Shown here piece after piece: positions 1 through 10,144 of a DNA stretch of 64,000 nt (positions are counted from its first letter, which is position 1; each line of letters begins with the position of its first letter). The stretch comes from Gammaproteobacteria bacterium (lineage in GTDB: Bacteria; Pseudomonadota; Gammaproteobacteria; Steroidobacterales; JABDKV01). A model generated the notes under the pieces. The model made no database searches. It was given only the letters and a program-made list of their open reading frames with translations, and was not told the DNA's origin. The position numbers were made by a program, and so were the translations under genes. Location: assembly GCA_029862165.1 (NCBI GenBank), contig JAOTXU010000005.1:31102-95101 (forward strand), in the 5' to 3' direction.

Positions 1-2
1 GG

Positions 3-239
3 GGCAGTCCCGACCAGGGAGAATCATTGCAGCACTACAGACTGGCCGCTAAAGCAGCGCAGGGCGCCGGGTTGGAGGTCAACGCCGGGCACGATCTCAA
101 TTTAGACAATCTCGGTGCGTTTCTCACGATCGAGGGCATTAGCGAAGTCTCCATCGGGCACGCGGTGATTGCCGACGCGTTGCGTTTCGGCTTGCATGAG
201 ACCGTGTGCCGATACAGGACTGTCATGTCGGCAACCTAG
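3..239 (+). CDS. pdxJ: Pyridoxine 5'-phosphate synthase, C-terminal part (5' truncated by window)
   Basis: GLEVNAGHDLN and EVSIGHA motifs; frame open back to window start. Confidence 0.9.
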   Translation, partial: GSPDQGESLQHYRLAAKAAQGAGLEVNAGHDLNLDNLGAFLTIEGISEVSIGHAVIADALRFGLHETVCRYRTVMSAT

Positions 240-290
240 GCCCCGTGGTTTCTTGTCGTGCGTCGTCCCATCGCGTAGTCTGCCGCGACG

Positions 291-2774
291 ATGAACGCTG
301 AACCCTGGGTCATTCACAAGTTCGGAGGCTCGAGCCTCGCCGACGCTGCACATTTCCGGCGGGTAGCGGAGATCCTTGCTGTCCGCAATATCGGACCACA
401 GGCAATTGTGGTGTCCGCAGTCGCCGGCGTAACCGATCGCTTGCTCGATCTCGTTGAAATGGCCCGCCAGCGCGATGATGGCTATACAGGCCAGCTCGCG
501 GCACTACGGGCCGATCACGAGCGTCTGGCCGATGCACTATTGGGTCGTGGTGGTGCTGCCCGTGACGCGTTTCAGGAACGCTTTGATCCGATCTGTCAAA
601 ATATCGCTGATGTGCTGCATGCCACGCTATTGATCGGCTCGGACACGGCAACTGTCCGTGATGTCGTTGCCGGCGCGGGTGAATTGTGGTCAGCGCAGCT
701 GCTCGCGGGTTTGTTGCAAATGGATGGCGAAGCCGGAACGGTGGATTGGCTGGACGCCCGGGACGTACTCGTCATCGAACACTCCGAACTGGGACCGGGG
801 GTGTTGTGGGACGAGTCCCGCTCCGCATTGCGTGCAAGAATTGCCAGTGATTTTTCTGGACTGCTGGTGATCACCGGGTTCATCGCGCGTGATCGGGCCG
901 GCGTACAAACGACGCTCGGCCGCAATGGCAGCGATTACTCCGCGTCGATATTTGGTGCGTTACTCGATGCCAGCCAGGTCAACATCTGGACCGATGTGCC
1001 GGGTGTCATGAGTGCCGATCCAAGATTGGTGACGGAATCGTCGGTCATTCCGGAACTGACTTACGACGAAGCTATGGAGTTGGCTTATTTTGGAGCCAAG
1101 GTCTTGCATCCGCAAACAATGGCGCCGGCAGTGGACGGTGGCATTCCGATTTATATCCGTGACAGTGCTATGCCTAATACCGCCGGTACCCGAATCGGTA
1201 GTAAGGCGGTATCCGATGACACCGTAAAGGGAATTACCGCCATCGACGGGATGTCGCTAGTAAACGTGGAAGGGGCAGGCATGATTGGCGTGCCCGGAAC
1301 GGCATGGCGCTTGTTTGGCGCCTTGCGGGAAGCTGGTGTTTCAGTGGTGTTGATTTCGCAGGGCAGCTCGGAGCACTCAATCTGTTTCGCGGTTCGTGAC
1401 GAGCATGCAAAGCAGGTTGATAGAATCCTCGCGCAGGCTTTTCACGCCGAGTTAGATAGCGGACAGATTCATTCTGTCGATGTCACGCCAAATTGCAGCA
1501 TCCTCGCGGTTGTCGGTGACGGCATGGCGGGTATTCCGGGCGTCGCGGCGAAAGTGTTTGGCAGCCTGGGGCGTGCCGGCATAAACGTGCGCGCGATTGC
1601 GCAGGGTTCGTCAGAGCGCAACATTTCCGCGGTGATCGATCAGACGGACACAGTACGGGCATTGCGGGCCGTCCATGCCGGCTTTTATCTATCACCACAG
1701 ACACTGTCAATCGGATTGATCGGACCAGGATCCGTCGGGGGCGTCCTGCTGGAACAACTGTCCGGCGAGGCATCAAGACTGGCTGAGGACCTCAATCTGG
1801 ATTTGCGTATACGGGCCCTGGCCACATCGAAACATATGGTGCTGGATGATCGAAAGATTGGACTGGGCGATTGGCGGGATCGGATGGGTGCGGCCGGTGA
1901 GCCATTAGATATCGATCGATTTGTGCGGCATGTTCAGGTTGATCATATTCCTCACTCGGTCATTATTGATTGCACTGCTTCGCAGGATGTCGCCGAACGT
2001 TATGCTGAGTGGCTGGCACGCGGTATCCATATCGTAACCCCCAACAAGAAAGCCAACTCTGGCAGCTTTGACTACTATCAGCGATTGATTCGGGAGAGAC
2101 GAAGCGGCGACGCTCGCTATCTCTACGAAACAACCGTCGGCGCCGCATTGCCGATAATTCAGACATTGCGGGACTTGCGTGAAACTGGCGATCGGATAAT
2201 GCGCATCCAGGGTATTTTCTCCGGCACGCTGGCCTATCTGTTTAATCTTTACGATGGTACGCGGCCTTTTTCGGAACTCGTTCGTGAGGCACGAACTCAT
2301 GGGTACACGGAACCGGATCCACGCGACGACCTTTCAGGAATGGATGTTGCCCGTAAGGTCGTTATCCTCGGTCGCGAAATGGGTCTGGATCTGGAGTTGG
2401 ACAGTATAGAGTTGGAAGGTCTGGTGCCGGCGTCATTGATTGATTGTTCGATCGACGACTTTCTGTCCGGTCTGGCCGATCTCGATGATGTCATCGACAA
2501 AGTTTATCAGGAGGCGGAGCAGGCCAGCGAAGTGTTGCGTTATATTGGCCGGTTGGAAGCCGACGGTCGTGCGAGCGTCGGTCTGGAGCGTGTTTCGGCG
2601 GATCATTCGTTCGCACATATTAACTTGACCGACAATATCGTCCAGTTTGAAACGGAGCGTTATTGCGATAACCCGTTAATCGTCCAGGGTCCCGGTGCGG
2701 GACCGGCGGTGACCGCAGGCGGTGTGTTTTCTGATTTGCTGCGTCTGGCCGGGAATCTCGGAACGGCGCTATGA
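291..2774 (+). CDS. thrA: Bifunctional aspartokinase/homoserine dehydrogenase I
   Basis: HKFGGSS, TLGRNGSDYSA, two ACT-like repeats, GPGSVG, NKKA, YETTVGA, GYTEPDPRDDLSG, GPGAG. Confidence 0.96.
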   Translation: MNAEPWVIHKFGGSSLADAAHFRRVAEILAVRNIGPQAIVVSAVAGVTDRLLDLVEMARQRDDGYTGQLAALRADHERLADALLGRGGAARDAFQERFDPICQNIADVLHATLLIGSDTATVRDVVAGAGELWSAQLLAGLLQMDGEAGTVDWLDARDVLVIEHSELGPGVLWDESRSALRARIASDFSGLLVITGFIARDRAGVQTTLGRNGSDYSASIFGALLDASQVNIWTDVPGVMSADPRLVTESSVIPELTYDEAMELAYFGAKVLHPQTMAPAVDGGIPIYIRDSAMPNTAGTRIGSKAVSDDTVKGITAIDGMSLVNVEGAGMIGVPGTAWRLFGALREAGVSVVLISQGSSEHSICFAVRDEHAKQVDRILAQAFHAELDSGQIHSVDVTPNCSILAVVGDGMAGIPGVAAKVFGSLGRAGINVRAIAQGSSERNISAVIDQTDTVRALRAVHAGFYLSPQTLSIGLIGPGSVGGVLLEQLSGEASRLAEDLNLDLRIRALATSKHMVLDDRKIGLGDWRDRMGAAGEPLDIDRFVRHVQVDHIPHSVIIDCTASQDVAERYAEWLARGIHIVTPNKKANSGSFDYYQRLIRERRSGDARYLYETTVGAALPIIQTLRDLRETGDRIMRIQGIFSGTLAYLFNLYDGTRPFSELVREARTHGYTEPDPRDDLSGMDVARKVVILGREMGLDLELDSIELEGLVPASLIDCSIDDFLSGLADLDDVIDKVYQEAEQASEVLRYIGRLEADGRASVGLERVSADHSFAHINLTDNIVQFETERYCDNPLIVQGPGAGPAVTAGGVFSDLLRLAGNLGTAL

Positions 2775-3706
2775 GTTCGGTCACCGCGTTCGCGCCCGCC
2801 TCAGTCGGCAACGTGGCAGTGGGTTTTGATGTGCTGGGTCAGGCCCTCGCAGGACCCGGCGATCGCTGCACGGCAAGACGTGCCGCAACCAGCGGCGTCA
2901 CGATAACAGCCATACGCGGTTTGCCCGATGCAATACCGGGCGAAGCGGCACTAAACACGGCAGGGCGGGCGGCCCAAAGTCTCCTCGATGCGACAGACGC
3001 CGGTTTTGGTGTTGAGCTGGAGCTGGACAAGGGTATTCCGCTCGGTTCCGGCATGGGAGGTTCGGCGGCGTCCGCTGTCGCCGGCGCTGTGGCGGTTAAT
3101 GCGTTGCTGGAACAACCGTTGCCTACCGCCAAATTACTTATACATGCGATGAACGGCGAGTACCTAGCAAGTGGTGGCACGCCACATGCCGACAATGTTG
3201 CACCATCATTGTACGGTGGGCTAACCCTGGTTTCGGGAGGTGATAAGCGGCGTGTTAGTGCTTTACCTGTGCCGCCAGGTTTGCAGTGCGTACTGATACA
3301 CCCGCACCTGCAAATCGAAACCAGTGTCGGAAGAGCCGTTTTGTCCGACAACTTGCCAACCGACAGAGTTATCGATCAGATCGCAGCGCTGGGCGGTTTT
3401 ATTGCAGGGTGTTTTCGCGAGGACATCGAGCTGATCGCAGACTCATTGCGTGATTCCATCATTGAGCCACAGCGCGCTCACATGGTTCCCGGTTTCTACG
3501 ATGTCAAAAATAATGCACTTGATTGTGGCGCATTGGGTTGTTCCTTGTCCGGTAGTGGTCCAAGCATATTTGCCTGGACCCGGGATGTAGACAGCGAGGC
3601 TGTTGCATCGGCAATGCAGGCCGCTTTTGCCGGTCACGGGCTGGCCAGCGACAAATGGATATCCCGGCTGGATGCACCCGGCGCAACGATCCAACAACAG
3701 CGGTGA
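2771..3706 (+). CDS. thrB: Homoserine kinase
   Basis: APASVGNVAVGFD, GHMP motif IPLGSGMGGSAAS, HADN, SGSGPS; ATGA overlap with thrA. Confidence 0.95.
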   Translation: MSSVTAFAPASVGNVAVGFDVLGQALAGPGDRCTARRAATSGVTITAIRGLPDAIPGEAALNTAGRAAQSLLDATDAGFGVELELDKGIPLGSGMGGSAASAVAGAVAVNALLEQPLPTAKLLIHAMNGEYLASGGTPHADNVAPSLYGGLTLVSGGDKRRVSALPVPPGLQCVLIHPHLQIETSVGRAVLSDNLPTDRVIDQIAALGGFIAGCFREDIELIADSLRDSIIEPQRAHMVPGFYDVKNNALDCGALGCSLSGSGPSIFAWTRDVDSEAVASAMQAAFAGHGLASDKWISRLDAPGATIQQQR

Positions 3707-5004
3707 AATACCTCAGCACCGTCGGCCGCAGTGCGCCCGCAACGCTCAGTGCGGCCATCGGCGTGGGTCTGGCTGACGACGGTGGGCTGTTTGTGCCTGA
3801 GGTTTTCCCCACGTTTCAAAGCAGCGATTTTGCCCGGGTCGAGTCTCTGGTCGAAGTGGCAACGATTCTGCTGTCCCCGTTTTTTAGCGGGGACGAAATG
3901 GAAAGCGAATTGGCGGCAATCTGCCACGACGCGTTCAGTTTTCCTGTGCCACTTAGGCCATTGCCATATAAGCCGTCTCTGGCAGTGTTGGAACTTTTTC
4001 ACGGGCCGACCGCAGCATTCAAAGATGTTGGCGCACGGTTTCTGGCGGCCTGTCTGCAGCGATTGGAGCAGCAAGCAGCAAAACCCCTGAAGGTATTGGT
4101 AGCAACCTCTGGTGACACCGGTGGTGCGGTCGCCGCGGCGTTTCACCAACGGCCTGGGATCGAAGTGTATGTACTCTATCCGGCGGGGCTGGTGTCGCCC
4201 AGACAAGAGAAACAACTCACCTGCTGGGACGACAACGTACATGTTTTTCGCGTGGGCGGTGTATTCGACGACTGTCAGCGCCTGGTTAAAGAAGCATTTG
4301 CGTCGTCTGAGTTGCGTTCGGTTCAGCGACTGACTTCGGCCAACAGCATTAGCATTGGCCGGTTGCTGCCTCAGTCGGTTTACTACGCCGCTGCAGCCTT
4401 GTGGCATTGGCGTGAATATGGTCGCAAGGCCTCGTTTGTTGTTCCGACCGGTAACCTCGGCAACGCCGTCGCGGGTATCTGGGCCCGTCACATGGGTCTG
4501 CCGATAGATCGAATAGTTCTAGCGACCAATGCCAACCGGACAATTCCGGATTACCTCGAAACCGGTCGGTGGGAGCCGCGTCAGAGCCTGGCGACCCTGG
4601 CCTCGGCGATGGATGTCGGGAATCCGAGCAATATGGAGCGTCTGCGGCATCTCCATCCGGACGTGAAAACGCTAAATGAACAGGTGAGTGCCTGGGCGGT
4701 TAGTGACGAGCAAATCAGGAATCAGATCAAGCTTGATTACGAACAGCACGATCAGCTGTGGTGTCCGCACACTGCTACCGCGGCCTATGTTCACGATCAT
4801 TACCTGGCCAACGGCGGATCCACGCAGGACCATATCCTGGTGGCAACGGCGCATCCGGCCAAATTTGAAACAGTGATTGAGCCGCTGATCGAAAAAGAGA
4901 TCAGCATGCCACCGGCCTTGGCAAAACTCATGCACCTGCCGTCTTGCTTTACCGACCTCTCGCCCGACTACGCTGCATTCCAGCAGGTACTCCGTCAAGC
5001 GTGA
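3703..5004 (+). CDS. thrC: Threonine synthase
   Basis: GLADDGGLFVP, LELFHGPTAAFKD (PLP Lys), ATSGDTG, PTGNLGN, ATAHPAKF; GTG start at 3703 overlaps thrB stop. Confidence 0.95.
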   Translation: MKYLSTVGRSAPATLSAAIGVGLADDGGLFVPEVFPTFQSSDFARVESLVEVATILLSPFFSGDEMESELAAICHDAFSFPVPLRPLPYKPSLAVLELFHGPTAAFKDVGARFLAACLQRLEQQAAKPLKVLVATSGDTGGAVAAAFHQRPGIEVYVLYPAGLVSPRQEKQLTCWDDNVHVFRVGGVFDDCQRLVKEAFASSELRSVQRLTSANSISIGRLLPQSVYYAAAALWHWREYGRKASFVVPTGNLGNAVAGIWARHMGLPIDRIVLATNANRTIPDYLETGRWEPRQSLATLASAMDVGNPSNMERLRHLHPDVKTLNEQVSAWAVSDEQIRNQIKLDYEQHDQLWCPHTATAAYVHDHYLANGGSTQDHILVATAHPAKFETVIEPLIEKEISMPPALAKLMHLPSCFTDLSPDYAAFQQVLRQA

Positions 5005-5218
5005 TTTGCGCGAACACGAAATTCATAAAAATCCTTGAAGGTGAATTTTTGAGCACTGTCGGAACCGTGTTTTCTTAAAGTTTCGAAGCCGAATCAGCTT
5101 CCTCTGCATCTTTTTGAGAATAGTGCTGAGTTTCATAAGCTGTGGATAAAATCGGTGGAATGTTCGTAGTGCACGCGAGACAGTAGACTGTTGCGCACAG
5201 ACATCAGAACGAGTTGGA

Positions 5219-5773
5219 ATGACACCAGAACTAACGGCTACCTTGTCAGTTGTCGCGGCGTCCGCGGGCTTGATTGCGTTTATTTCGCGATCCCGCGGAC
5301 GCGCTCGACGCTATTTACTAAAAACGATTCGTGCCATTTCTCATGACTACCTGGAGCGCGTTCTTGTTCCGGACGGTTTGGACGGCAAGATTGAAATTGA
5401 TTATTTGTTGCTGACCTCGCGTGGCTTGCTCGTACTCGATGTGAAAGAAGTTGGTGGCGTTGTTTTCGCCGGCACGGCACTGGATCGCTGGGCGGTTATG
5501 GATGGGACTGAGCGCTTCAAGATCAACAATCCGATCGGGCCCTCTATGGCGAGGATCGTTGCCGTCAAAAGATTGGTGCCTGATCTCCCCGTTCACGGCC
5601 GGATCGTATTCACACAGGAAACGGATTTTCGCGGCGACGAGCTGCCACAGGTGGTGTCTGTGGACGAGCTACGCAAGCAGTTTCCACCGCCGCAGACGGC
5701 TGCGGCTGACAGACCCATCGATGCGTTCTATAGTGATTGGTTGAAGCTGCGGGAAGTCGCCGCAGCAGCCTAA
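5219..5773 (+). CDS. NERD-domain (nuclease-related) protein with N-terminal membrane anchor
   Basis: EIDYLLLTSRGLLVLDVK followed by G...W...NP pattern typical of NERD; hydrophobic N-terminus. Confidence 0.7.
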   Translation: MTPELTATLSVVAASAGLIAFISRSRGRARRYLLKTIRAISHDYLERVLVPDGLDGKIEIDYLLLTSRGLLVLDVKEVGGVVFAGTALDRWAVMDGTERFKINNPIGPSMARIVAVKRLVPDLPVHGRIVFTQETDFRGDELPQVVSVDELRKQFPPPQTAAADRPIDAFYSDWLKLREVAAAA

Positions 5774-5804
5774 TAAAATCAACCACCTACGGGGTTATCA
5801 TCAT

Positions 5805-7109
5805 ATGCTTTCTTCGCGATTTGCGCGCCTTTGCGTGCTCGGCAGCCTGCTATTGTCCGGTTGTGCGGCTACGCCACCGGCTACCCCGCACGATATGGAT
5901 CGGGTCGCCGAGGAATATGTTCGCCTGGTGCTAGCTCTGGGTCTGCACGATCCTGATTTTGTCGATGCGTACCACGGTCCAAAGAAATGGCGCAAAGAGG
6001 CCGAACGCCGAGAGCTGTCTTTGGACGGGATATCCATCGAAGCAGGCTTGTTACGCAGTACGCTGTCAGCTGGCGACTTTGGTCGGGACAAAGCGCTTAT
6101 TGCTCAGCGCAGGGGACTGTTACTGAAACAGCTGACTGCCGTGCAGACGCGTTCGGATCAGTTGCGTGGCAAAGAGTTCAGCTTCGATCAGGAAGCCAGA
6201 TTGCTATATGACGCACGCGCACCAAAGCACACCGCCGAACATTTTGCGGCCTTGCGCATGGAACTGGACGCTATGTTGCCGGGGCAGGGGAGCCTGGCAG
6301 AACGACGCAGTCAATACCGCGAGAGTTTTGTAATTCCCGCCGACAGACTCGACGCGGTGTTTGCCGCAGCAATTCAGGAATGCCGCAAACGCACGCTTGA
6401 ACATATTGCACTGCCGGAGGGCGAGCGGTTTGTCGTCGAATACGTCAACGACAAACCGTGGAGCGGTTACAACTGGTTCCAGGGTGGGGCTTACAGTCTG
6501 ATACAACTCAATACCGATCTGCCGATACATATCGATCGTGCCGTCGATCTAGCCTGTCATGAGGGTTATCCCGGCCATCACGTTTTTAATACCTTGCTGG
6601 AGCGTGAATTGGTAAAAAACCGCGGATGGATGGAATTCTCCGTATATCCGTTGTTTAGCCCCATGAGTCTGATCGCCGAAGGCAGTGCCAATTTTGGCAT
6701 AGACATGGCGTTTCCCGATGACGAGCGGGCGGAATTCGAACGCGAGGTGTTGTTTCCACTGGCCGGTCTGGATGCCTCGCGAGTCGAGGAATACTACGCC
6801 ATAGAAGATGTTGTTAGCCGGTTGAACTACGCCGGTAATGAGGCTGCGCGGCGTTACCTGGACAAGGACATTGATGCTGCCGCCGCGGTGCAATGGCTCC
6901 AGGATTACAGCTTAATGAGTAAGGAGCGCGCAGAGCAACGGTTGAAATTCATCGAAAAGTACCGAGCGTACGTCATCAACTACAATCTGGGTAAAGATTT
7001 AGTGCGTAATCACGTCGAGGCTGTAGGCGGTAATTCGGATGCCCGCTGGGACGTATTCGAAAAACTGCTTTCCACACCGATCAGCGCCTCGATGCTCAAC
7101 GAGAACTAG
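5805..7109 (+). CDS. Lipoprotein, DUF885-like zincin metallopeptidase
   Basis: Lipobox LLSGC; HEGYPGHH zinc motif, downstream AEG and YNLG. Confidence 0.65.
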   Translation: MLSSRFARLCVLGSLLLSGCAATPPATPHDMDRVAEEYVRLVLALGLHDPDFVDAYHGPKKWRKEAERRELSLDGISIEAGLLRSTLSAGDFGRDKALIAQRRGLLLKQLTAVQTRSDQLRGKEFSFDQEARLLYDARAPKHTAEHFAALRMELDAMLPGQGSLAERRSQYRESFVIPADRLDAVFAAAIQECRKRTLEHIALPEGERFVVEYVNDKPWSGYNWFQGGAYSLIQLNTDLPIHIDRAVDLACHEGYPGHHVFNTLLERELVKNRGWMEFSVYPLFSPMSLIAEGSANFGIDMAFPDDERAEFEREVLFPLAGLDASRVEEYYAIEDVVSRLNYAGNEAARRYLDKDIDAAAAVQWLQDYSLMSKERAEQRLKFIEKYRAYVINYNLGKDLVRNHVEAVGGNSDARWDVFEKLLSTPISASMLNEN

Positions 7110-8512
7110 CTGTTGTAATGGTCCTTTAGGACCTGAACGACACAGCTGGTGACTCTTTTGCCAGTGTTGATATGCAGAAATTCATTCGGCCCGTGGGCAT
7201 TGGAGTGGGGTCCCAACACACCGGTCACGAGAAACTGCACGCCAGGGAATTTGTCGCCCAGCATGGCCATGAACGGAATACTGCCACCAGTACCCATGTA
7301 CATCGCTTCGGCACCGAAATAAGCGCGCGATGCGCGACGCATGGAATCTGCCAGCCATGGCGCAATTTCCGGTGCGCTCCAGCCTTCCATCGCCGATTCG
7401 ACATTAAACTTCACTCTGGCTCCGAAGGGCGGATCCATCTCGAGTATTTCTTTTACGGCCTCACCCGCCGCTATGGCGTCGGTCTTCGGTGACAGCCGAA
7501 ACGAAAGCTTGACGGTCGTTTGCGGTCGCAGAACATTGCCGGCTTGCTGTAATTCTGGAATGCCGTCGATCCCGGTTACACACAAAGTTGTGCGCCACCA
7601 GTTGTTCAGTAACAGCTCGACCGGATCACCGCTGACCGGTTGCATGCCATCGACCCATGGATAGCGCAAGTGCACGCCGTCACCCAGTGTGGTGGCCGTC
7701 TCGCGGGCTTCTTCCACGCGCGCATCAGGTATCGGCATTTCAATGCCGGATATCCGCGTCTGGCCCGTTGCCTCGTCTTCGAGCCGGTTCAATAAGATGC
7801 GCAGGATACGAAAACTCGATGGCACGATTCCGCTTGCGCCGCCAGAGTGCACGCCTTCGGTCAGCACATCTACAGACAATGTCCCTACCAGGTTGCCACG
7901 CAGCGTGGTTGTACACCACAGTTGATCATAGTTGCCACATTCCGCATCGAGACAAACAACCAGGCTGGGCGTGCCGATACGATCATTCAAGTGATCGATA
8001 TACGCGGGCAAATCCGGACTACCGCTCTCTTCGGAGAATTCGATCACGACGACGCAACGGGCATGCGGAATATTCTGTTCCTGCAGCGCCTGGATGGCTG
8101 TGAGCGAAGCAAAAACTGCATACCCATCGTCGGCACCACCGCGACCATAAAGTTTGCCGTCGCGAATAACGGGTTTCCAGGGATGCAGGCCTTCTTCCCA
8201 GCCAGTAAATTCCGGTTGTTTGTCCAGGTGCCCATACAGCAACACCGTATCGTCATTGTCACCTGGAATTTCGATAAAAAGCAGCGGTGTACGGCCATCC
8301 AGCCGCACTACTTCGACCTGCATGTCCTTGATCGGCTGTTCGCGGCACCAGTTCTCCGCCAGTTTTGCCGCCTCGTCCATAAACCCGTGCTTCGCCCAGT
8401 CCGGATCGTACAACGGCGATTTGTTCGGAATTCTGACGTAGTCACACAACTTGGGAACGATTGAGCTGTCCCACCTGTCCGCTACAAATTGTTCGACCTT
8501 CGCGTTGTCCAC
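7106..8512 (-). CDS. M20 family metallopeptidase (dipeptidase/deacylase)
   Basis: YGHLDKQP, GRGGADDG, SEESGS, HSG, GGSIP, NAHGPNE. Confidence 0.9.
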   Translation of the reverse strand: MDNAKVEQFVADRWDSSIVPKLCDYVRIPNKSPLYDPDWAKHGFMDEAAKLAENWCREQPIKDMQVEVVRLDGRTPLLFIEIPGDNDDTVLLYGHLDKQPEFTGWEEGLHPWKPVIRDGKLYGRGGADDGYAVFASLTAIQALQEQNIPHARCVVVIEFSEESGSPDLPAYIDHLNDRIGTPSLVVCLDAECGNYDQLWCTTTLRGNLVGTLSVDVLTEGVHSGGASGIVPSSFRILRILLNRLEDEATGQTRISGIEMPIPDARVEEARETATTLGDGVHLRYPWVDGMQPVSGDPVELLLNNWWRTTLCVTGIDGIPELQQAGNVLRPQTTVKLSFRLSPKTDAIAAGEAVKEILEMDPPFGARVKFNVESAMEGWSAPEIAPWLADSMRRASRAYFGAEAMYMGTGGSIPFMAMLGDKFPGVQFLVTGVLGPHSNAHGPNEFLHINTGKRVTSCVVQVLKDHYNS

Positions 8513-8521
8513 GTTTTTCTC

Positions 8522-9160
8522 CTAACCGGTATTTCTCATAAAGTCGTCTGCTGCTGCAATCGCATCCTCAAGGTCAGCGATCAACGCGGCAACATCACCC
8601 TCGATCACTGACACTTCGCCCTGCAAAGACGCGATCGCCTGTGCATTAAGATTGTGTTTCAGCCACAGCACCTGATCCCGAAACGGATTCAGTACCGGCT
8701 GTATACGGGCCTCGGCGCGTCGCATAACCACTAGCATGCCCGCGTAACGTTGTTGCGTATCGCGTAGCTGGCGTTCACTTTGCTGGCGCAATGTGGCGCT
8801 GCTGTATTCTCCCAGCTCGTCTTCCCACTCGCGGAACAGTGCCTCGGCGACATCCTCGATAGCATCGATTCGATCGCTGACTTCTTCCGCCCTGGCCTCG
8901 GAGCGCTCCAGCTCGCGATTGAGATCGTTGTACAACGCCTCCAGGTCGCCACCATCGAAGTCGACCACGCTGCGGAATTTCTCCAGGGCGCTGACAAATT
9001 GTTCCTTGGTTTCGACTTGCGATTCACGGGCCTCTTTCACACGATCAACCAGGATCTCCCGCTTGTGGATACCAAACTGTTCCAGGGTGTTGTAGTAGGC
9101 ACTGGAACAGCCGACCAGCAACAAAGACAGCAGAGCGAATGACAGAGCTTTGTCGCGCAT
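8522..9160 (-). CDS. DUF2959-like coiled-coil lipoprotein
   Basis: LLVGC lipobox; GIHKREILVDRV and LKHNLNAQAI motifs; ATG at 9160 chosen as start. Confidence 0.75.
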   Translation of the reverse strand: MRDKALSFALLSLLLVGCSSAYYNTLEQFGIHKREILVDRVKEARESQVETKEQFVSALEKFRSVVDFDGGDLEALYNDLNRELERSEARAEEVSDRIDAIEDVAEALFREWEDELGEYSSATLRQQSERQLRDTQQRYAGMLVVMRRAEARIQPVLNPFRDQVLWLKHNLNAQAIASLQGEVSVIEGDVAALIADLEDAIAAADDFMRNTG

Positions 9161-9191
9161 CGTAAACCTCGGTGAAGCAAACATTCGGTAA

Positions 9192-10025
9192 TTATGCCTG
9201 TGATTCCGTTTCGGGTGGAATGGCCAGGCCAAAAAACGCGCGCGCGGTATTGGTGGTCTCGCGGGCCAGCTCAGCCACCGAACGATTATTGTGACGGGCT
9301 ATCGTGTCGAGTATATGCGGCAGGTGCATCGGCTCGTTGCGACGCGTTTTTGGTGCCGGCGTGAGATCGCGTGGCAGCAGATACGGCGCATCGGTCTCGA
9401 TCATCAGGCGACCTGCCGGAATATCGTCGACGGCTTCGCGCAAATCGTGGCCGCGTCTTTCGTCACAGATCCAGCCCGTTACCCCGATATGCAGATCGAG
9501 ATCCAGACAATCATACAATTCGCGGGTGCTGCCGGTGAAGCAATGCGCCACCGCTGCTGAGAGGCGGTCGCGGTACTCGCGAAGGATTCCAACGAAGACA
9601 TCGTGCGCATCGCGTTGATGTAAGAACACCGGAAGCTGAACCTCGGCGGCAAGCTCCAGTTGTGCCAGGAAGGCACGTTCCTGGTCCGCAGGTGTCGAGA
9701 AATTACGAAAGTGATCCAGGCCGCACTCACCGATCGCCACAACTCCGTCATCGCCTGCAAGTTCGCGAAATGCCGACAACGCAGATTCATCGAATTCATT
9801 TGCATGATGTGGGTGCATACCGGCGGTGGCATACAGCGATTCGCGATGTTGCCCGGCAAGCTTGGCTGCCGCGACGCTCGAATCTACGCTGCTTCCTGTG
9901 ACGACCATTTGCACCACACCCGCCGAGACCGCGCGTTCGAGCACTGCCTGCCGGTCGTGATCGAAGCTGTGGTGGGTCAGATTGGCGCCTATATCGATTA
10001 ACGCAAGCGGGGTAATTTCGGTCAT
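9192..10025 (-). CDS. tatD: TatD family 3'-5' exonuclease
   Basis: IDIGANLT, GMHPHHA, IGECGLD, LHQRDAH, HCFTG, ETDAPYL, RNEP; ATG at 10025 chosen. Confidence 0.92.
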   Translation of the reverse strand: MTEITPLALIDIGANLTHHSFDHDRQAVLERAVSAGVVQMVVTGSSVDSSVAAAKLAGQHRESLYATAGMHPHHANEFDESALSAFRELAGDDGVVAIGECGLDHFRNFSTPADQERAFLAQLELAAEVQLPVFLHQRDAHDVFVGILREYRDRLSAAVAHCFTGSTRELYDCLDLDLHIGVTGWICDERRGHDLREAVDDIPAGRLMIETDAPYLLPRDLTPAPKTRRNEPMHLPHILDTIARHNNRSVAELARETTNTARAFFGLAIPPETESQA

Positions 10026-10144
10026 GGCAAAAAAGTGGCAGTGATGCGGCCGGGTACTATAACCTAGCCGGTTCCCGGGGCGTATGGCCCCTGGTTCACT
10101 ACAAAAGGAAGGCGGGGGAGCGGCGCGCGCAGCGCCTCTTAGAG

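Noticed and set aside
3634-4491. 285 aa antisense ORF over thrC, and similar shadow ORFs (13857-14597, 15257-15967, 53033-53791, 11873-12595)
   Set aside because: They lie inside well-supported genes, have no recognisable motifs and are expected at this GC content
5005-5218. oriC candidate
   Set aside because: Only one DnaA box and no dnaA/gidA context; another perfect box occurs inside a CDS at 11568-11576
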